Shown: positions 1 through 9,060, numbered from the stretch's first letter. The stretch is DNA of 64,000 bases from a virus (IMGVR_UViG_3300027710_000010:53763-117762); one strand, 5' to 3'. Numbers and translations are program-made. Notes: generated by a model from the letters alone, not told the origin.

Positions 1-120
1 TCGACCATTGCGTTATTCATATAACTCAAGTCGTCATTAAATCGTGCTCTTGTTTGTGGGCAGAACTTCATAATGTTCTTGTGCCCGAAGTGCAAGTCAC
101 TTGTTATCCATGTTTTCATT

Positions 121-318
121 TTATTCATCCGCAAACTCGCGGATCCATTCAAATTTTGTTTCGCTAGCCTTTACCCACTTAAAGTGTTCACGACGTCTGT
201 TGATCTTGTCAAAGTCGTAGCAGATAAAGATCCAGCCCTTGTCTTCAGAAAATTGTACAGAGTCGGCAACGCGGACGATTTGTACAATCTTGTCTTTGAA
301 TTTTGCTACAATCATCAT
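121..318 (-). CDS. hypothetical protein (minus-frame ORF preferred over the overlapping plus-frame ORF 73..366)
   Basis: 65 aa ORF on the same strand as neighbouring genes; no recognisable motifs. Confidence 0.3.
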   Translation of the reverse strand: MMIVAKFKDKIVQIVRVADSVQFSEDKGWIFICYDFDKINRRREHFKWVKASETKFEWIREFADE

Positions 319-582
319 ATTCGCTCCTGCCTTGTTTCTGTTTATGTGTATATTATACAGTCATAACGAAGAGTTGTCAACCAAAGTTAACAAACAAGTG
401 TTGCGTTAATACAACAGTCTAATGTACTGATTCTTTAGAGTCTACAGTACATTCTACTACCCAATTTGAAAATTGAGTAAATTTGTTAACCTCTACACCC
501 AAACCAACTGCTTCATTTACAAAATGTTTTAGAAGTGCATTATACAGTTCGTCGGGCATGGTATCTTTGTCAAAACGGATTT

Positions 583-1092
583 TCAATCTACACTCCTAAA
601 TGTACGCCAATCTTCAATGTTAGGCTTTTCGTCTGCGTCGTATGTCCAACCTAATGCCTTCATCATACGATGCTTGACTAACAGGTTAGGACTACGGAAG
701 CGGCCAGTGTCTTCAAAGCCCATCATAACACCTACCTCACAAACCGCACCCGACCGGCAAATGCCAGCATAGCAATGAACAACCACATTCATGCGATTGG
801 CCAAAGCGTATTGTAAAAGACCTACAAGTTGATTTGCTTGATCTTGGCTACACTTCATTGCTTCTTCCAGCACTTCGTCCTTTTCTTCTACATCAAGGAA
901 TTCAAAGTTGTGAACTTCTTTGAACTTGTGTGCAGGTGTAGGACGCCAGCTGGCTGGGTCAACAATGCTGATCAGCATACTGTTCTCACCGGCTTCGTGA
1001 TGAAATCTTTTTGGGATGTCATCTGCGGCAACGTTTTCAATCCAAGGCATTATCGTCTCCGTGTTGCACCAATGCGTGATGCTTTGTTCCAA
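583..1092 (-). CDS. protein tyrosine / dual-specificity phosphatase
   Basis: CX5R P-loop signature VVHCYAGICRSGA in the translation. Confidence 0.75.
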   Translation of the reverse strand: MEQSITHWCNTETIMPWIENVAADDIPKRFHHEAGENSMLISIVDPASWRPTPAHKFKEVHNFEFLDVEEKDEVLEEAMKCSQDQANQLVGLLQYALANRMNVVVHCYAGICRSGAVCEVGVMMGFEDTGRFRSPNLLVKHRMMKALGWTYDADEKPNIEDWRTFRSVD

Positions 1093-1271
1093 TCATAAGT
1101 GACACCATCTGGGCACTTGCCGTCTTTAATACTGTCAGCACCAAAGATGCCAACAACTTCCATTCCGTTACCAGTTATGATAACATATTCATTCATCACC
1201 TTAGCGGTGTGCATAGCTTCATCCAATGTCATTACATCGAATGTTGCCTTTGATCCTTTTACTTTATACAT
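1050..1271 (-). CDS. hypothetical small protein
   Basis: 73 aa ORF, compact with neighbours; start may be downstream of the overlap. Confidence 0.4.
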   Translation of the reverse strand: MYKVKGSKATFDVMTLDEAMHTAKVMNEYVIITGNGMEVVGIFGADSIKDGKCPDGVTYDWNKASRIGATRRR

Positions 1272-1345
1272 GTCGTTATTATAGCAGAGTCTGTTTAATC
1301 TGTCAATAGTTTATTTGTTGTATTTTTACAACGGAATTTTTTACC

Positions 1346-1373
1346 TAAAAAAATAGCACCCGAAGGTGCTATT
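1346..1373 (-). terminator. rho-independent terminator downstream of the 1389..2795 gene
   Basis: Hairpin TAGCACC-cgaa-GGTGCTA followed by a T-run on the minus strand. Confidence 0.6.
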
Positions 1374-1388
1374 CAAAAACGTTAGTTT

Positions 1389-2795
1389 TTAGATATCGTA
1401 GCGTGGGACCATTACAGTCTTAAGCATGATACCTTCTGGAGTGAATTGGTCCATATCCGCTGACAGCAAAGCTGTCATGATGCTTGGACTAAATCCGCTA
1501 ACTAGAGCGGCCCCAGTCTTGTCTGCCTTAACAGGAGCGTTACCGCTCGCGTTCAAGTTCCAGAACACAATTTGTGGAACGGTGTAACCCGCATCCGCAT
1601 ACTTGCGTTCAATCATTTCCATTGCGCTGTCGTCGAAACGAGCGCATTGGTTGAACTGCATGTCTGACAAGATCAGCAACATGGCTGGCATGTCGCTTGC
1701 TGGTACTGAACCCTTAACCGCAACGCTTAGGATCTTGTCCATAGCGGCATGCAGGTTAGTGCTCATTTCCCAGTTGCTCTTGCTCATTTGCTCGACCTTT
1801 TGAACAATGTTACCCTTTAGGGTAACCAGTTCTGGCTTGCTGGAGAAAGTCAAGAATGTGTCCTTGAACGCACCCTTGTTCTTATCTGCCAAGTACAAGC
1901 CAAGGCTAACTGCAACGTCCAAACAACGAACAGTCGAACCTGGAACAGATGTTGTCATCGAACCAGATACGTCAACTAGAGGCAGGATACTTGCGTCACC
2001 TACGTAGTTAGGCAGAGCGTCCCATTGTGCGATCACATGGTCGGTTTCTGTCTTGTCCAGCTTGGTGTAGCTGTGAGCGATGCCCTTTAGGACATCATGT
2101 GGGTAGATTGCGGAGGCGTTAACCTTCACTGTCTTATCCCCTGCCACCAACTTGGCCACATACTCTGCAAACGCAGGAGTGTGACGGTTGAATGCCTTCT
2201 TGTAGTTGCGTGAAGCAACAGATGGCACGTGACTGAAGTTGATGTTATCCCAATCTCCTGCACACATTTGGGTTTCAACAACCTTTGTAAGTGCCACAAG
2301 GCTCTTACGGTATTGCTTAGGAGTCATTCCAAAGAAGGAACGAACTTCAGCGGCAACTTGACCCTTACGAGGAGTCCACTTTGCTGCCAGACCGTTCTTA
2401 GCACGTAGGGCATCGCCCAACATGGTATAAGCGGCAGTCTTCAATGCTGGTGAAGAGAAGACAAAGATGTCATCCCAACGTCCCACTTCTGGAACCTTAG
2501 CCAGCAAAGCCAAAGCGGCGTCTGGGTCACGCTTTTCTAGGTGTACTAGAATGTCGCGGAACAGTTGACGTTCACCTGCACCACCACGGACATCACGTGC
2601 CCATTGTGCGATGCGAAGTGCAACGTCTGGATTTTCTACATAAGCGGCGGTGAATTCGCCGGTGATGTTCTTACCACGGCTTGCGCCAATGTTATAGAAC
2701 AAGTCAACTGTAGCCTTAGCTGTTGACTTACGAGCCTTCATACCATTTGCGGTACGGGCTTCTTGATTTGCTACTGCGTTTACAAATGCGTTCAT
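1389..2795 (-). CDS. DUF2828/TROVE-like protein with C-terminal von Willebrand A domain
   Basis: 468 aa; MIDAS-like motif LVDVSGSM (DxSGS) in C-terminal half; resembles phage DUF2828 proteins. Confidence 0.65.
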   Translation of the reverse strand: MNAFVNAVANQEARTANGMKARKSTAKATVDLFYNIGASRGKNITGEFTAAYVENPDVALRIAQWARDVRGGAGERQLFRDILVHLEKRDPDAALALLAKVPEVGRWDDIFVFSSPALKTAAYTMLGDALRAKNGLAAKWTPRKGQVAAEVRSFFGMTPKQYRKSLVALTKVVETQMCAGDWDNINFSHVPSVASRNYKKAFNRHTPAFAEYVAKLVAGDKTVKVNASAIYPHDVLKGIAHSYTKLDKTETDHVIAQWDALPNYVGDASILPLVDVSGSMTTSVPGSTVRCLDVAVSLGLYLADKNKGAFKDTFLTFSSKPELVTLKGNIVQKVEQMSKSNWEMSTNLHAAMDKILSVAVKGSVPASDMPAMLLILSDMQFNQCARFDDSAMEMIERKYADAGYTVPQIVFWNLNASGNAPVKADKTGAALVSGFSPSIMTALLSADMDQFTPEGIMLKTVMVPRYDI

Positions 2796-3370
2796 TTTAT
2801 TTTACCTTTACAGAATGTGTTTTATTTTCAATATGCGTGAAATTTAAAGTTGCTGTTAACATTCTAAAACTTTAACAGGATGAGTGTGCCAATTTGTTTA
2901 TTTTCTGGTCTGGCCAATTATAGCACCCAGACCCTAACAACAATTCATGTTGTCTATTACATGTTTTTCTGTATGTAAATCATACCCGGTGCTTTGCCGG
3001 TCTATCTATTCCTTGAGCATCTATTTCTAGAACAGTATTTCTACTGTGCCCTACGGCTACCTTCTATAGCAATTACGTTAGTATTTTTAAATTGCTGTAG
3101 TCATCCTATGACTAAACAGGATCGTTGTTGACTGCTTTTATTTTACACAGGCCATCACTCTGTGCTCGTTGGTCTATTTCAATAGATACCTTCAACGTCT
3201 CCAGGCAAGCCCTTTGACTCCAGTAAACTACCATAGGGTCCAACAGTCCATAGTATGTATGAAGTTGCTGACACGATCCTAAAACTCTCTACAAGCATTA
3301 TTGCTTGCTATGTATCTATTATAGTACATTTACTACAACTTGTCTATTCATTTTGGTTAAATGAAATAAA

Positions 3371-4000
3371 TTATTTTTTAAAGGCTAACAAAGATACAAA
3401 TCCCCATTTGGCATCAACAACTTCGATTTGAACAAATCCAGCTTGCTTCAAAGTTTCGATGTACCATTCAATAGGATGTATAAACATAACACCTTGTAAT
3501 GAGTGTTCTTTAAGTTTTATATCTTCCCAACTAACGCCTTGGCTATGTTTCCATTGATAATATTTCTTTGATACGTAATCTGTGGTAATCATTTTATCGC
3601 TGATAAACACAAATCCGTTATCAATCGATGCGCCCATTTGATTAATAATATCTGTTTTGTTTTCGTTAAAATGCAACACCCAGTTAGCCATGATCGCTTT
3701 GAACTTTTGGGGAGGAAGGTTCGTTGAATATTTTGCAATATCAGTATCGCAAACATCAATCATATCCTGACTTGAATCCACACCTAGTAAATTTGTAAAT
3801 CCTGCACTGGCTAATTGTTGTAAGGTGTAGCCTGTTGCACAACCAAAGTCTACTATAGGATCATCAGAATTGCAAAAATCAACACAGCAATCAATGGATT
3901 GACTTACAACAGTATCGTAGTTAGGTATATGCTGCCTAACATGATCATGGTAAATTACAGCAACTTGTTTGTCAAACTGCCAAGTCATGTGGTACCTCAA
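3371..4000 (-). CDS. class I SAM-dependent methyltransferase
   Basis: Motif I VDFGCATGY and Rossmann-like pattern. Confidence 0.7.
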   Translation of the reverse strand: MRYHMTWQFDKQVAVIYHDHVRQHIPNYDTVVSQSIDCCVDFCNSDDPIVDFGCATGYTLQQLASAGFTNLLGVDSSQDMIDVCDTDIAKYSTNLPPQKFKAIMANWVLHFNENKTDIINQMGASIDNGFVFISDKMITTDYVSKKYYQWKHSQGVSWEDIKLKEHSLQGVMFIHPIEWYIETLKQAGFVQIEVVDAKWGFVSLLAFKK

Positions 4001-4727
4001 ATACTATTCTCAATTCACCGTCATGTGCAGGTATATTTCTGAAAATGTCAAACTCACAATCAAGTGCAACGATAGTTAATGGTAGTTTTAAAATTATTTC
4101 TTTTGTTTTAGCAATAATGCTACCCGGATCATATGGGTTACAATTATTTTCTTCATACCATTCCCAATCAGTATATCGCAATAATCCCCAAGCAGCCAAA
4201 CTAATATAGCCTCGGCCTCCTGGTTTAATAATTTTAGAAAAGTTCATAATTTGATCTGACATGTTTCTAAATGTGCAAGGTACACCATCTTTAAGTCCAA
4301 CATCCATGTTAATGGTAAATGCGGCTTCCAGTTGACGATAATGACGATCAACCCAGGTGTCATCGTAACGAGCAATTTCATCAGCAAAATCACTATTACT
4401 ATCAATTCCATGTATGTTGGGAATATAACGCCTCCATAAATTCCAACCACATCCAATATCATAAATTTTTGTAGGGTTAATTTCTTGTAAAAATTGCAAA
4501 TAATAAAACGTTACAATAGAAACCATGGTCATGGGTTTTTTAACTACTAAGTCATTCCTGCCTAACAATTCTCTGCAAGTAGTACTAAATTTATTTTTCA
4601 TAAAAATAATACTTGGCATATTGCTTGCCACACATGTTACAATGTCAAAATCTTTTTTGACTTGTTGGCCCATGTCTGTTTCTAGGAACTGGTTCTCAAA
4701 CTGTTTGTAATTTATACTGTTTATCAT
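3972..4727 (-). CDS. SAM-dependent methyltransferase-like protein
   Basis: Motif IYDIGCGWN; overlaps the downstream methyltransferase by 29 nt in typical phage fashion. Confidence 0.6.
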   Translation of the reverse strand: MINSINYKQFENQFLETDMGQQVKKDFDIVTCVASNMPSIIFMKNKFSTTCRELLGRNDLVVKKPMTMVSIVTFYYLQFLQEINPTKIYDIGCGWNLWRRYIPNIHGIDSNSDFADEIARYDDTWVDRHYRQLEAAFTINMDVGLKDGVPCTFRNMSDQIMNFSKIIKPGGRGYISLAAWGLLRYTDWEWYEENNCNPYDPGSIIAKTKEIILKLPLTIVALDCEFDIFRNIPAHDGELRIVFEVPHDLAV

Positions 4728-4980
4728 TAAATTATCTTTAGTAATTTTACTATCTTTCTACTATAACTTATCTATTCATTTTGGTTAAACAGGATACATT
4801 TTTTACGACTTTTGCTCTACCAATTGAGCTACATTTGGCTGCTTTTTAGGCTTGACCAAAAGGTAGGACTCGAACCTACGACACAAAGTTTGGATGTAAA
4901 AATTGCTGTTAGTATCCCTAATTGGGGCGACACGGTTAAGTGAAGCTTCCACCAGCTAGTCAAATGGACTAGCACACGTT

Positions 4981-5055
4981 TGGTACCTGGTCACGGTTTC
5001 GAACCGCGGACCCTCTCCGTGTAAAGGAGACGCTCTACCCCTGAGCTAACCAGGC
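4981..5055 (-). tRNA. tRNA-Val (anticodon TAC)
   Basis: Reverse complement GCCTGGTTAGCTCAGGGGTAGAGC...TCTCC-TTTACAC-GGAGA...GGTTCGAAACC; cloverleaf folds; CCA encoded. Confidence 0.8.
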
Positions 5056-5059
5056 AAAT

Positions 5060-5287
5060 TTAATTTACTTTGTTCAAGTAAACTAAAGGATTAACCTTGC
5101 CACTTTGTATTTCCAGCAGTGCTGAAACACAAGGGCTATGATATTCTTTTTCTGCTATGCTGTTACGCCTAATTTCTCTTGCCTTTACAGCCGCAATTAA
5201 AACTAGATTAAATCTATTTCCGCCTGCTTGTTCTACACAAGCTTCTGTGTCTAACTCTGGGCCACGACTAAGTGCTTTTACGGTCAT
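5060..5287 (-). CDS. rpoZ: RNA polymerase omega subunit (RpoZ)-like protein
   Basis: 75 aa; GGNRFNLVLIAAVKAREIRR matches the conserved omega core (GNRFDLVLVAARRARQ in E. coli). Confidence 0.55.
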   Translation of the reverse strand: MTVKALSRGPELDTEACVEQAGGNRFNLVLIAAVKAREIRRNSIAEKEYHSPCVSALLEIQSGKVNPLVYLNKVN

Positions 5288-5344
5288 TATTTTCTCTTTT
5301 TAAAAATTAATTATAACACATACTTAGCAATGTGTCAAATATAT

Positions 5345-5436
5345 TGGTACCAGCGGAGGGAATCAAACCCTCTCAAGAACGCTAATCTGGCGCTAAAAGG
5401 TTTATAAAACCTCTCTGACTGTCAAGTCTCGCTGGC
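5345..5436 (-). tRNA. atypical long-variable-arm tRNA-like gene (anticodon loop TTTATAA; anticodon unresolved, UAU or UUA possible)
   Basis: Acceptor GCCAGCG/CGCTGGT, T-arm GAGGG-TTTGATT-CCCTC, variable stem GCGC/GCGT, CCA encoded; D-arm non-canonical (GACT-TGAC-AGTC). Confidence 0.45.
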
Positions 5437-5441
5437 AATTT

Positions 5442-5516
5442 TGGAGCGGGGTAAGAGAATCGAACTCTCAGCATTAGCTTGGAAGGCTAAGGTATTACCA
5501 CTATACGAACCCCGCA
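5442..5516 (-). tRNA. tRNA-Gly (TCC)
   Basis: GCGGGGTTCGTATAGTGGTAATACC-TTAGC-CTTCCAA-GCTAA...GAGAG-TTCGATT-CTCTT-ACCCCGC-T-CCA; very similar to T4 tRNA-Gly. Confidence 0.85.
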
Positions 5517-5520
5517 TATC

Positions 5521-5814
5521 TTATTTGATGTCTTTACCTGCTAGATCAACTTTACCTGTTTCGTAAAGTTCTTTTCGCTGTGCAAATTCATCTTCTGTTA
5601 GTCCATGCCAGCCAATACATTTGCCAGTCGGACTTCGACCGCACCCGCATCGACCAATATCATCTACGTTTTCTTTTACTCTTACTTGCATATCGTCCTC
5701 TGGAATTAGTTTCTTCATATATGTCGGTACACGCTTGCCAAAAATACCTTCAAAATTAGCATCTGCTTGCGCCATTGAAATATTCGTTGGACGTTGTCTA
5801 CTGCCTTTACCCAT
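5521..5814 (-). CDS. hypothetical Cys-rich protein
   Basis: 97 aa; CGCGRSPTGKCIGWHG cluster suggests a metal-binding site. Confidence 0.45.
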   Translation of the reverse strand: MGKGSRQRPTNISMAQADANFEGIFGKRVPTYMKKLIPEDDMQVRVKENVDDIGRCGCGRSPTGKCIGWHGLTEDEFAQRKELYETGKVDLAGKDIK

Positions 5815-5833
5815 TTACTATCTCCTAACTAAC

Positions 5834-5908
5834 TTGGTGGAGGTTAAGAGAATCGAACTCTTACGAAGACCTTGCAAAGGTCCCAGGCTACCATTACATC
5901 AAACCCCC
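5834..5908 (-). tRNA. tRNA-Ala (TGC)
   Basis: GGGGGTT...GGACC-TTTGCAA-GGTCT...AAGAG-TTCGATT-CTCTT-AACCTCC-A-CCA (G3-U70 present). Confidence 0.75.
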
Positions 5909-5911
5909 AAA

Positions 5912-6064
5912 TTAACTTGCTACTATATGCGGAATATATGGAACTGCTCTTGGACCACCATACAGTTGTTCAAAAAGTTTTTTAGCTTCTTGCGGTGTAT
6001 CCGCATAGATTCTTTTCTTTTCTTCACCTTGTGGTGTTCTTACAGTTGCTTCATACATTGGCAT
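5912..6064 (-). CDS. hypothetical small protein (start trimmed to avoid tRNA overlap)
   Basis: ORF 5912..6121 overlaps tRNA-Pro; internal Met (MPMYEA) is the likelier start. Confidence 0.3.
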   Translation of the reverse strand: MPMYEATVRTPQGEEKKRIYADTPQEAKKLFEQLYGGPRAVPYIPHIVAS

Positions 6065-6077
6065 AAAATTTCCTAAT

Positions 6078-6155
6078 TGGTCGGAGTACAAAGATTCGAA
6101 CTTTGGACCCCCGCGTCCCAAACGCGGTGCGCTAACCAGACTGCGCTACACTCCG
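6078..6155 (-). tRNA. tRNA-Pro (TGG)
   Basis: Plus strand shows CCGCG-tcCCAaa-CGCGG anticodon arm (codon CCA), T-arm CAAAG-attcgaa-CTTTG, acceptor CGGAGTG/TACTCCG. Confidence 0.75.
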
Positions 6156-6163
6156 AATAAACT

Positions 6164-6239
<76 letters not shown>

Positions 6240-6257
6240 GATACATTACTTATAACA

Positions 6258-6331
6258 TGGTTGCGGGACCAGGAATCGAACCTGGGACTGTAGCTTATGA
6301 GACTACTGTTTTACCGCTTCACTATCCCGCG
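6258..6331 (-). tRNA. initiator-like tRNA-fMet (CAT)
   Basis: 5' CGCGGGA..., 3' ...TCCCGCAACCA giving a C1-A72 mismatch as in bacterial initiator tRNA; anticodon loop CTCATAA. Confidence 0.65.
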
Positions 6332-6344
6332 ATAACTTTATAGG

Positions 6345-6425
6345 TGCTCTCTGTTGGAATCGAACCAAACTGTTTAACTCCGTATCTTCCTGGCACTTTC
6401 GGTGTGTAGTCGACCTAGCACCTAA
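6345..6425 (-). pseudogene. tRNA-like fragment / degenerate tRNA
   Basis: T-arm-like TTGG-aatcgaa-CCAA but acceptor and anticodon arms do not fold. Confidence 0.3.
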
Positions 6426-6678
6426 CTCGTGTGATCCAGTGTAGTTAAACTTCAAAGAGCATTTATAAAGTGTCTAGCTACCTACACCACATAGGCCCTA
6501 GACTGAGCTGTTACTCTGTCCATAACATTTTCTTCTTCTGGAAAGGTTATCAATCCTTACCCTAGATAGTTTTCAGTATCCCTTAAATAGGGACTGTAAG
6601 GTCAGGTCCTAGTGTACCCCCTGGTCTATCGTTACAGGGACGCTATTTCGTTAACGTAGAAATAGTAAGACGAGTTTC

Positions 6679-6754
6679 TTGGCTCCCCAACGTGGGCTCG
6701 AACCACGGACCAATTGATTAACAGTCAACTACTCTACCACTGAGCTATTAGGGA
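6679..6754 (-). tRNA. tRNA-Asn (GTT)
   Basis: TCCCTAA-TA-GCTC-AGTGGTA-GAGT..GTTGA-CTGTTAA-TCAAT..CGTGG-TTCGAGC-CCACG; U1-A72 as in E. coli tRNA-Asn. Confidence 0.75.
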
Positions 6755-6761
6755 ATAAACT

Positions 6762-6986
6762 TTATTCTGCGCTTGGTGTTGCGCTGTTACTTGTTGTCGT
6801 ATAATTTGCAGTACCACGTGGACCATTTGATGGCTTAGGTGACTTCATTACAATCTTACTGCATAGTTCAGCATCAATACATGCACGTTTCCATGCGCCA
6901 CGTTGATGTGCATCTTTGAACTTGCCTGTTGCTAAACTTATTTTAAGAAGCGAACTCATTTTATAGTTGCTTGTTGGCTTTAACAT
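6762..6986 (-). CDS. hypothetical protein
   Basis: 74 aa ORF between tRNAs, same strand as array. Confidence 0.3.
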   Translation of the reverse strand: MLKPTSNYKMSSLLKISLATGKFKDAHQRGAWKRACIDAELCSKIVMKSPKPSNGPRGTANYTTTSNSATPSAE

Positions 6987-7005
6987 ATTTTTCCTTTTTT
7001 AAAAT

Positions 7006-7095
7006 TGGCGGAATGACTGAGACTCGAACTCAGAAACCCTCTTTCGAGAGTCGACGGATTAGCAATCCGCTCCAATACCATTATGGGACCATTCC
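7006..7095 (-). tRNA. tRNA-Ser (GCT), type II
   Basis: 90 nt; anticodon arm CGGA-ttAGCaa-TCCG (codon AGC); variable arm CTCT-ttcg-AGAG; T-arm CTGAG-actcgaa-CTCAG. Confidence 0.75.
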
Positions 7096-7104
7096 ATTTA
7101 ACAC

Positions 7105-7195
7105 TTGGCGGAAACGGTGAGATTCGAACTCACGGTGCCTTTCGACACGGCAGTTTTCAAGACTGCTACAATAAACCGGACTCTGTCACATTTCC
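7105..7195 (-). tRNA. tRNA-Ser (TGA), type II
   Basis: 91 nt; anticodon arm GCAGT-ttTCAag-ACTGC (codon TCA); long variable arm; T-arm GTGAG-attcgaa-CTCAC. Confidence 0.75.
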
Positions 7196-7201
7196 ATAAT
7201 T

Positions 7202-7285
7202 TGGTGGGCAAAGAGAGACTCGAACTCTCAATCCTTTCGGCGCTGGCTTCTAAGACCAGAGTGTATACCATTCCACCACTTGCCC
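7202..7285 (-). tRNA. tRNA-Leu (TAG), type II
   Basis: 84 nt; tRNA anticodon arm CTGGT-CTTAGAA-GCCAG; long variable arm; T-arm GAGAG-actcgaa-CTCTC. Confidence 0.75.
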
Positions 7286-7436
7286 AAATTCTTTCCATTG
7301 TTAAGTGCTATGTGCAAATTCTGAGATAGTCGCTAAACATACTCAATGCCGATGCAGTTATGTCAGGATCAGTCGCCGGCAGCTTTGACCCGGATAGTGT
7401 AAGCGTCCTTACACGATACCTTATAACACTTAACAA

Positions 7437-7511
7437 TGGAGACGCTACGGGGAATCGAACCCCGCTTGCCAGGATGAAAACCTAGTGTCCTAACCGATAG
7501 ACGATAGCGTC
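7437..7511 (-). tRNA. tRNA-Glu (TTC)
   Basis: GACGCTA-TC-GTCT-ATCGGTTA-GGAC-A-CTAGG-TTTTCAT-CCTGG..CGGGG-TTCGATT-CCCCG-TAGCGTC-T-CCA. Confidence 0.8.
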
Positions 7512-7609
7512 ATTGTTTCTCTTAAATTTTTAATGAACAGTGTTAGTATTGCTACTAACTAAGTCTCTATTATATAGCGACTTGTGTCACTTGTCAAGTA
7601 AATTTTGGC

Positions 7610-7978
7610 TTAAAGCAAAATTAAAATTAAAAACAAGTAACAAAATTGATGAGCCATTTGGTCTAATCCCAAGTGACTCCAAAATGCCTTAGTGGTAATA
7701 TCTCTATTGCCCCAATTCATTTTTGCCCAATCAATATGATAGTGTACAACACCATCTACCATTGCGGCAATAATTATCCATACTACATACAAATCACTAA
7801 CATAGAAGCTGGCAATCAGCAATGCTATCAAAGTTCCTATGGCTTGCTCTAAGCTGTGACTAATGCCAATAGGATTCCCATAAATGGCTTTGCCTTTTAC
7901 TTGAGCTTCTGTTTGTAAGACAAAGTCCACAATCCAATGTTTGATCTGTAACCAGGTTAAAATTATTAGTATTTCCAT
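7610..7978 (-). CDS. small integral membrane protein
   Basis: 122 aa, 3-4 predicted hydrophobic helices; embedded in the tRNA array. Confidence 0.5.
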   Translation of the reverse strand: MEILIILTWLQIKHWIVDFVLQTEAQVKGKAIYGNPIGISHSLEQAIGTLIALLIASFYVSDLYVVWIIIAAMVDGVVHYHIDWAKMNWGNRDITTKAFWSHLGLDQMAHQFCYLFLILILL

Positions 7979-8030
7979 ATGTATATTATATAACGTTCTG
8001 TATGTAATGTCAAGACATTTTTAAAATATT

Positions 8031-8105
8031 TTGGCCGGGCTTGTAGGAATCGAACCTACACCGTCGGTTTCGAAGACCGAAATGATATCCATTTCACTAA
8101 AGCCC
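8031..8105 (-). tRNA. tRNA-Arg (TCG)
   Basis: CGGGCTT-TA-GTGA-AATGGATA-TCAT-T-TCGGT-CTTCGAA-ACCGA..GTAGG-TTCGATT-CCTAC-AAGCCCG-G-CCA. Confidence 0.8.
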
Positions 8106-8278
8106 GAATAGGTTTTCCGAGCGACCAACTATCTTTCTCAAGGACTCGCTGGCTTGTCTCGTATGAGAGAGTTTAGCTTGACCTTGTGTTGCTACTGGTG
8201 TGTCATGCTCAAGAATAGGGCACTAGCGCACAAGGGACTCAATCTCTACGTCTATCTCAGAAACTTTTTGGTCTCGCC

Positions 8279-8353
8279 ACCAGGAATCGAACCTGGATCT
8301 ACTCTTTAGGAGAGAGCCGTTCTATCCATTGAACTACAGCGAGATGGTGCTCC
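8279..8353 (-). tRNA. tRNA-Arg (CCT)
   Basis: Plus strand anticodon arm CTCT-ttAGGag-AGAG (codon AGG); T-arm CCAGG-aatcgaa-CCTGG; acceptor pairs with G-U wobbles. Confidence 0.7.
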
Positions 8354-8663
8354 CAACTGGTAACGATCCAGTGTTTATACATTACCAATGTATTGTAATG
8401 CCTTTATACTATGAGAGCAGTATTAGAAAAGGACCACAGAGTTGCGGTTGGATGAGGCGACCAAAGTGTTATAGCACTCTCTCTATTTGTCTCGCCTAAC
8501 ATGGAGTTCTTTTGTCCTTAGTGTATTCGCTAATACCGTCAACACTTCATCCGGACAAAGTAAAAAGTCTATAACTCTAACCTAGTGTCGCTTCCGGCAA
8601 ACACTATCGTCCCTTTCGGTTACTTTTAGAACCTTAGTCCTTTACTAATACTGCCGATATAAT

Positions 8664-8747
8664 TGGTGCGGGTGGCCGGACTCGAACCGGCATGCCTTTC
8701 GACGAGAGATTTTAAGTCTCTTGTGTATACCATTTCACCACACCCGC
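8664..8747 (-). tRNA. tRNA-Leu (TAA), type II
   Basis: 84 nt; anticodon arm AGAGA-ttTTAag-TCTCT (codon TTA); T-arm GCCGG-actcgaa-CCGGC; acceptor GCGGGTG/CACCCGC. Confidence 0.8.
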
Positions 8748-8823
8748 ATTGCTTAACAGTCCTTATTATATAACAATAAGCAGTCATTGCCTACATAATT
8801 TGGTTAACTAGTTAAAATAATTT

Positions 8824-8899
8824 TGGTGCAACCTGCAGGGATCGAACCTGCTTCAACGGTGCTTCAAACCGCCGCTATGACCACATCAGCTAAAGTTGC
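8824..8899 (-). tRNA. tRNA-Phe (GAA)
   Basis: GCAACTT-TA-GCTG-ATGTGGTCA-TAGC-G-GCGGT-TTGAAGC-ACCGT..GCAGG-TTCGATC-CCTGC-AGGTTGC-A-CCA. Confidence 0.8.
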
Positions 8900-8983
8900 A
8901 TTAATTTACCATATAGAAACACACTCCCGGAGACGAATTACCTCCCCGTACAAAGTATTATGGCTTCGAATGTGTTTTTATAT

Positions 8984-9057
8984 GGTAGGGGCACAGGGAA
9001 TCGAACCCTGATAGACCGGTTAAAAGCCGGATATTCTAGCCGTTGAATTATACCCCC
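8984..9057 (-). tRNA. tRNA-Lys (TTT)
   Basis: GGGGGTA-TA-ATTC-AACGGCTA-GAAT-A-TCCGG-CTTTTAA-CCGGT..CAGGG-TTCGATT-CCCTG-TGCCCCT-A-CCA. Confidence 0.8.
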
Positions 9058-9060
9058 ATA

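Noticed and set aside
73-366. Plus-strand ORF 73..366 (97 aa)
   Set aside because: Overlaps a minus-strand ORF on the locally dominant coding strand. Its translation is Cys/Phe-rich low-complexity; neither is strongly supported, and the minus-strand frame was preferred at low confidence.
4244-4710. Small ORFs 4244..4462 (-) and 4525..4710 (+) inside the methyltransferase gene
   Set aside because: Fully nested in or antisense to a longer, motif-bearing ORF; hydrophobic low-complexity translations.
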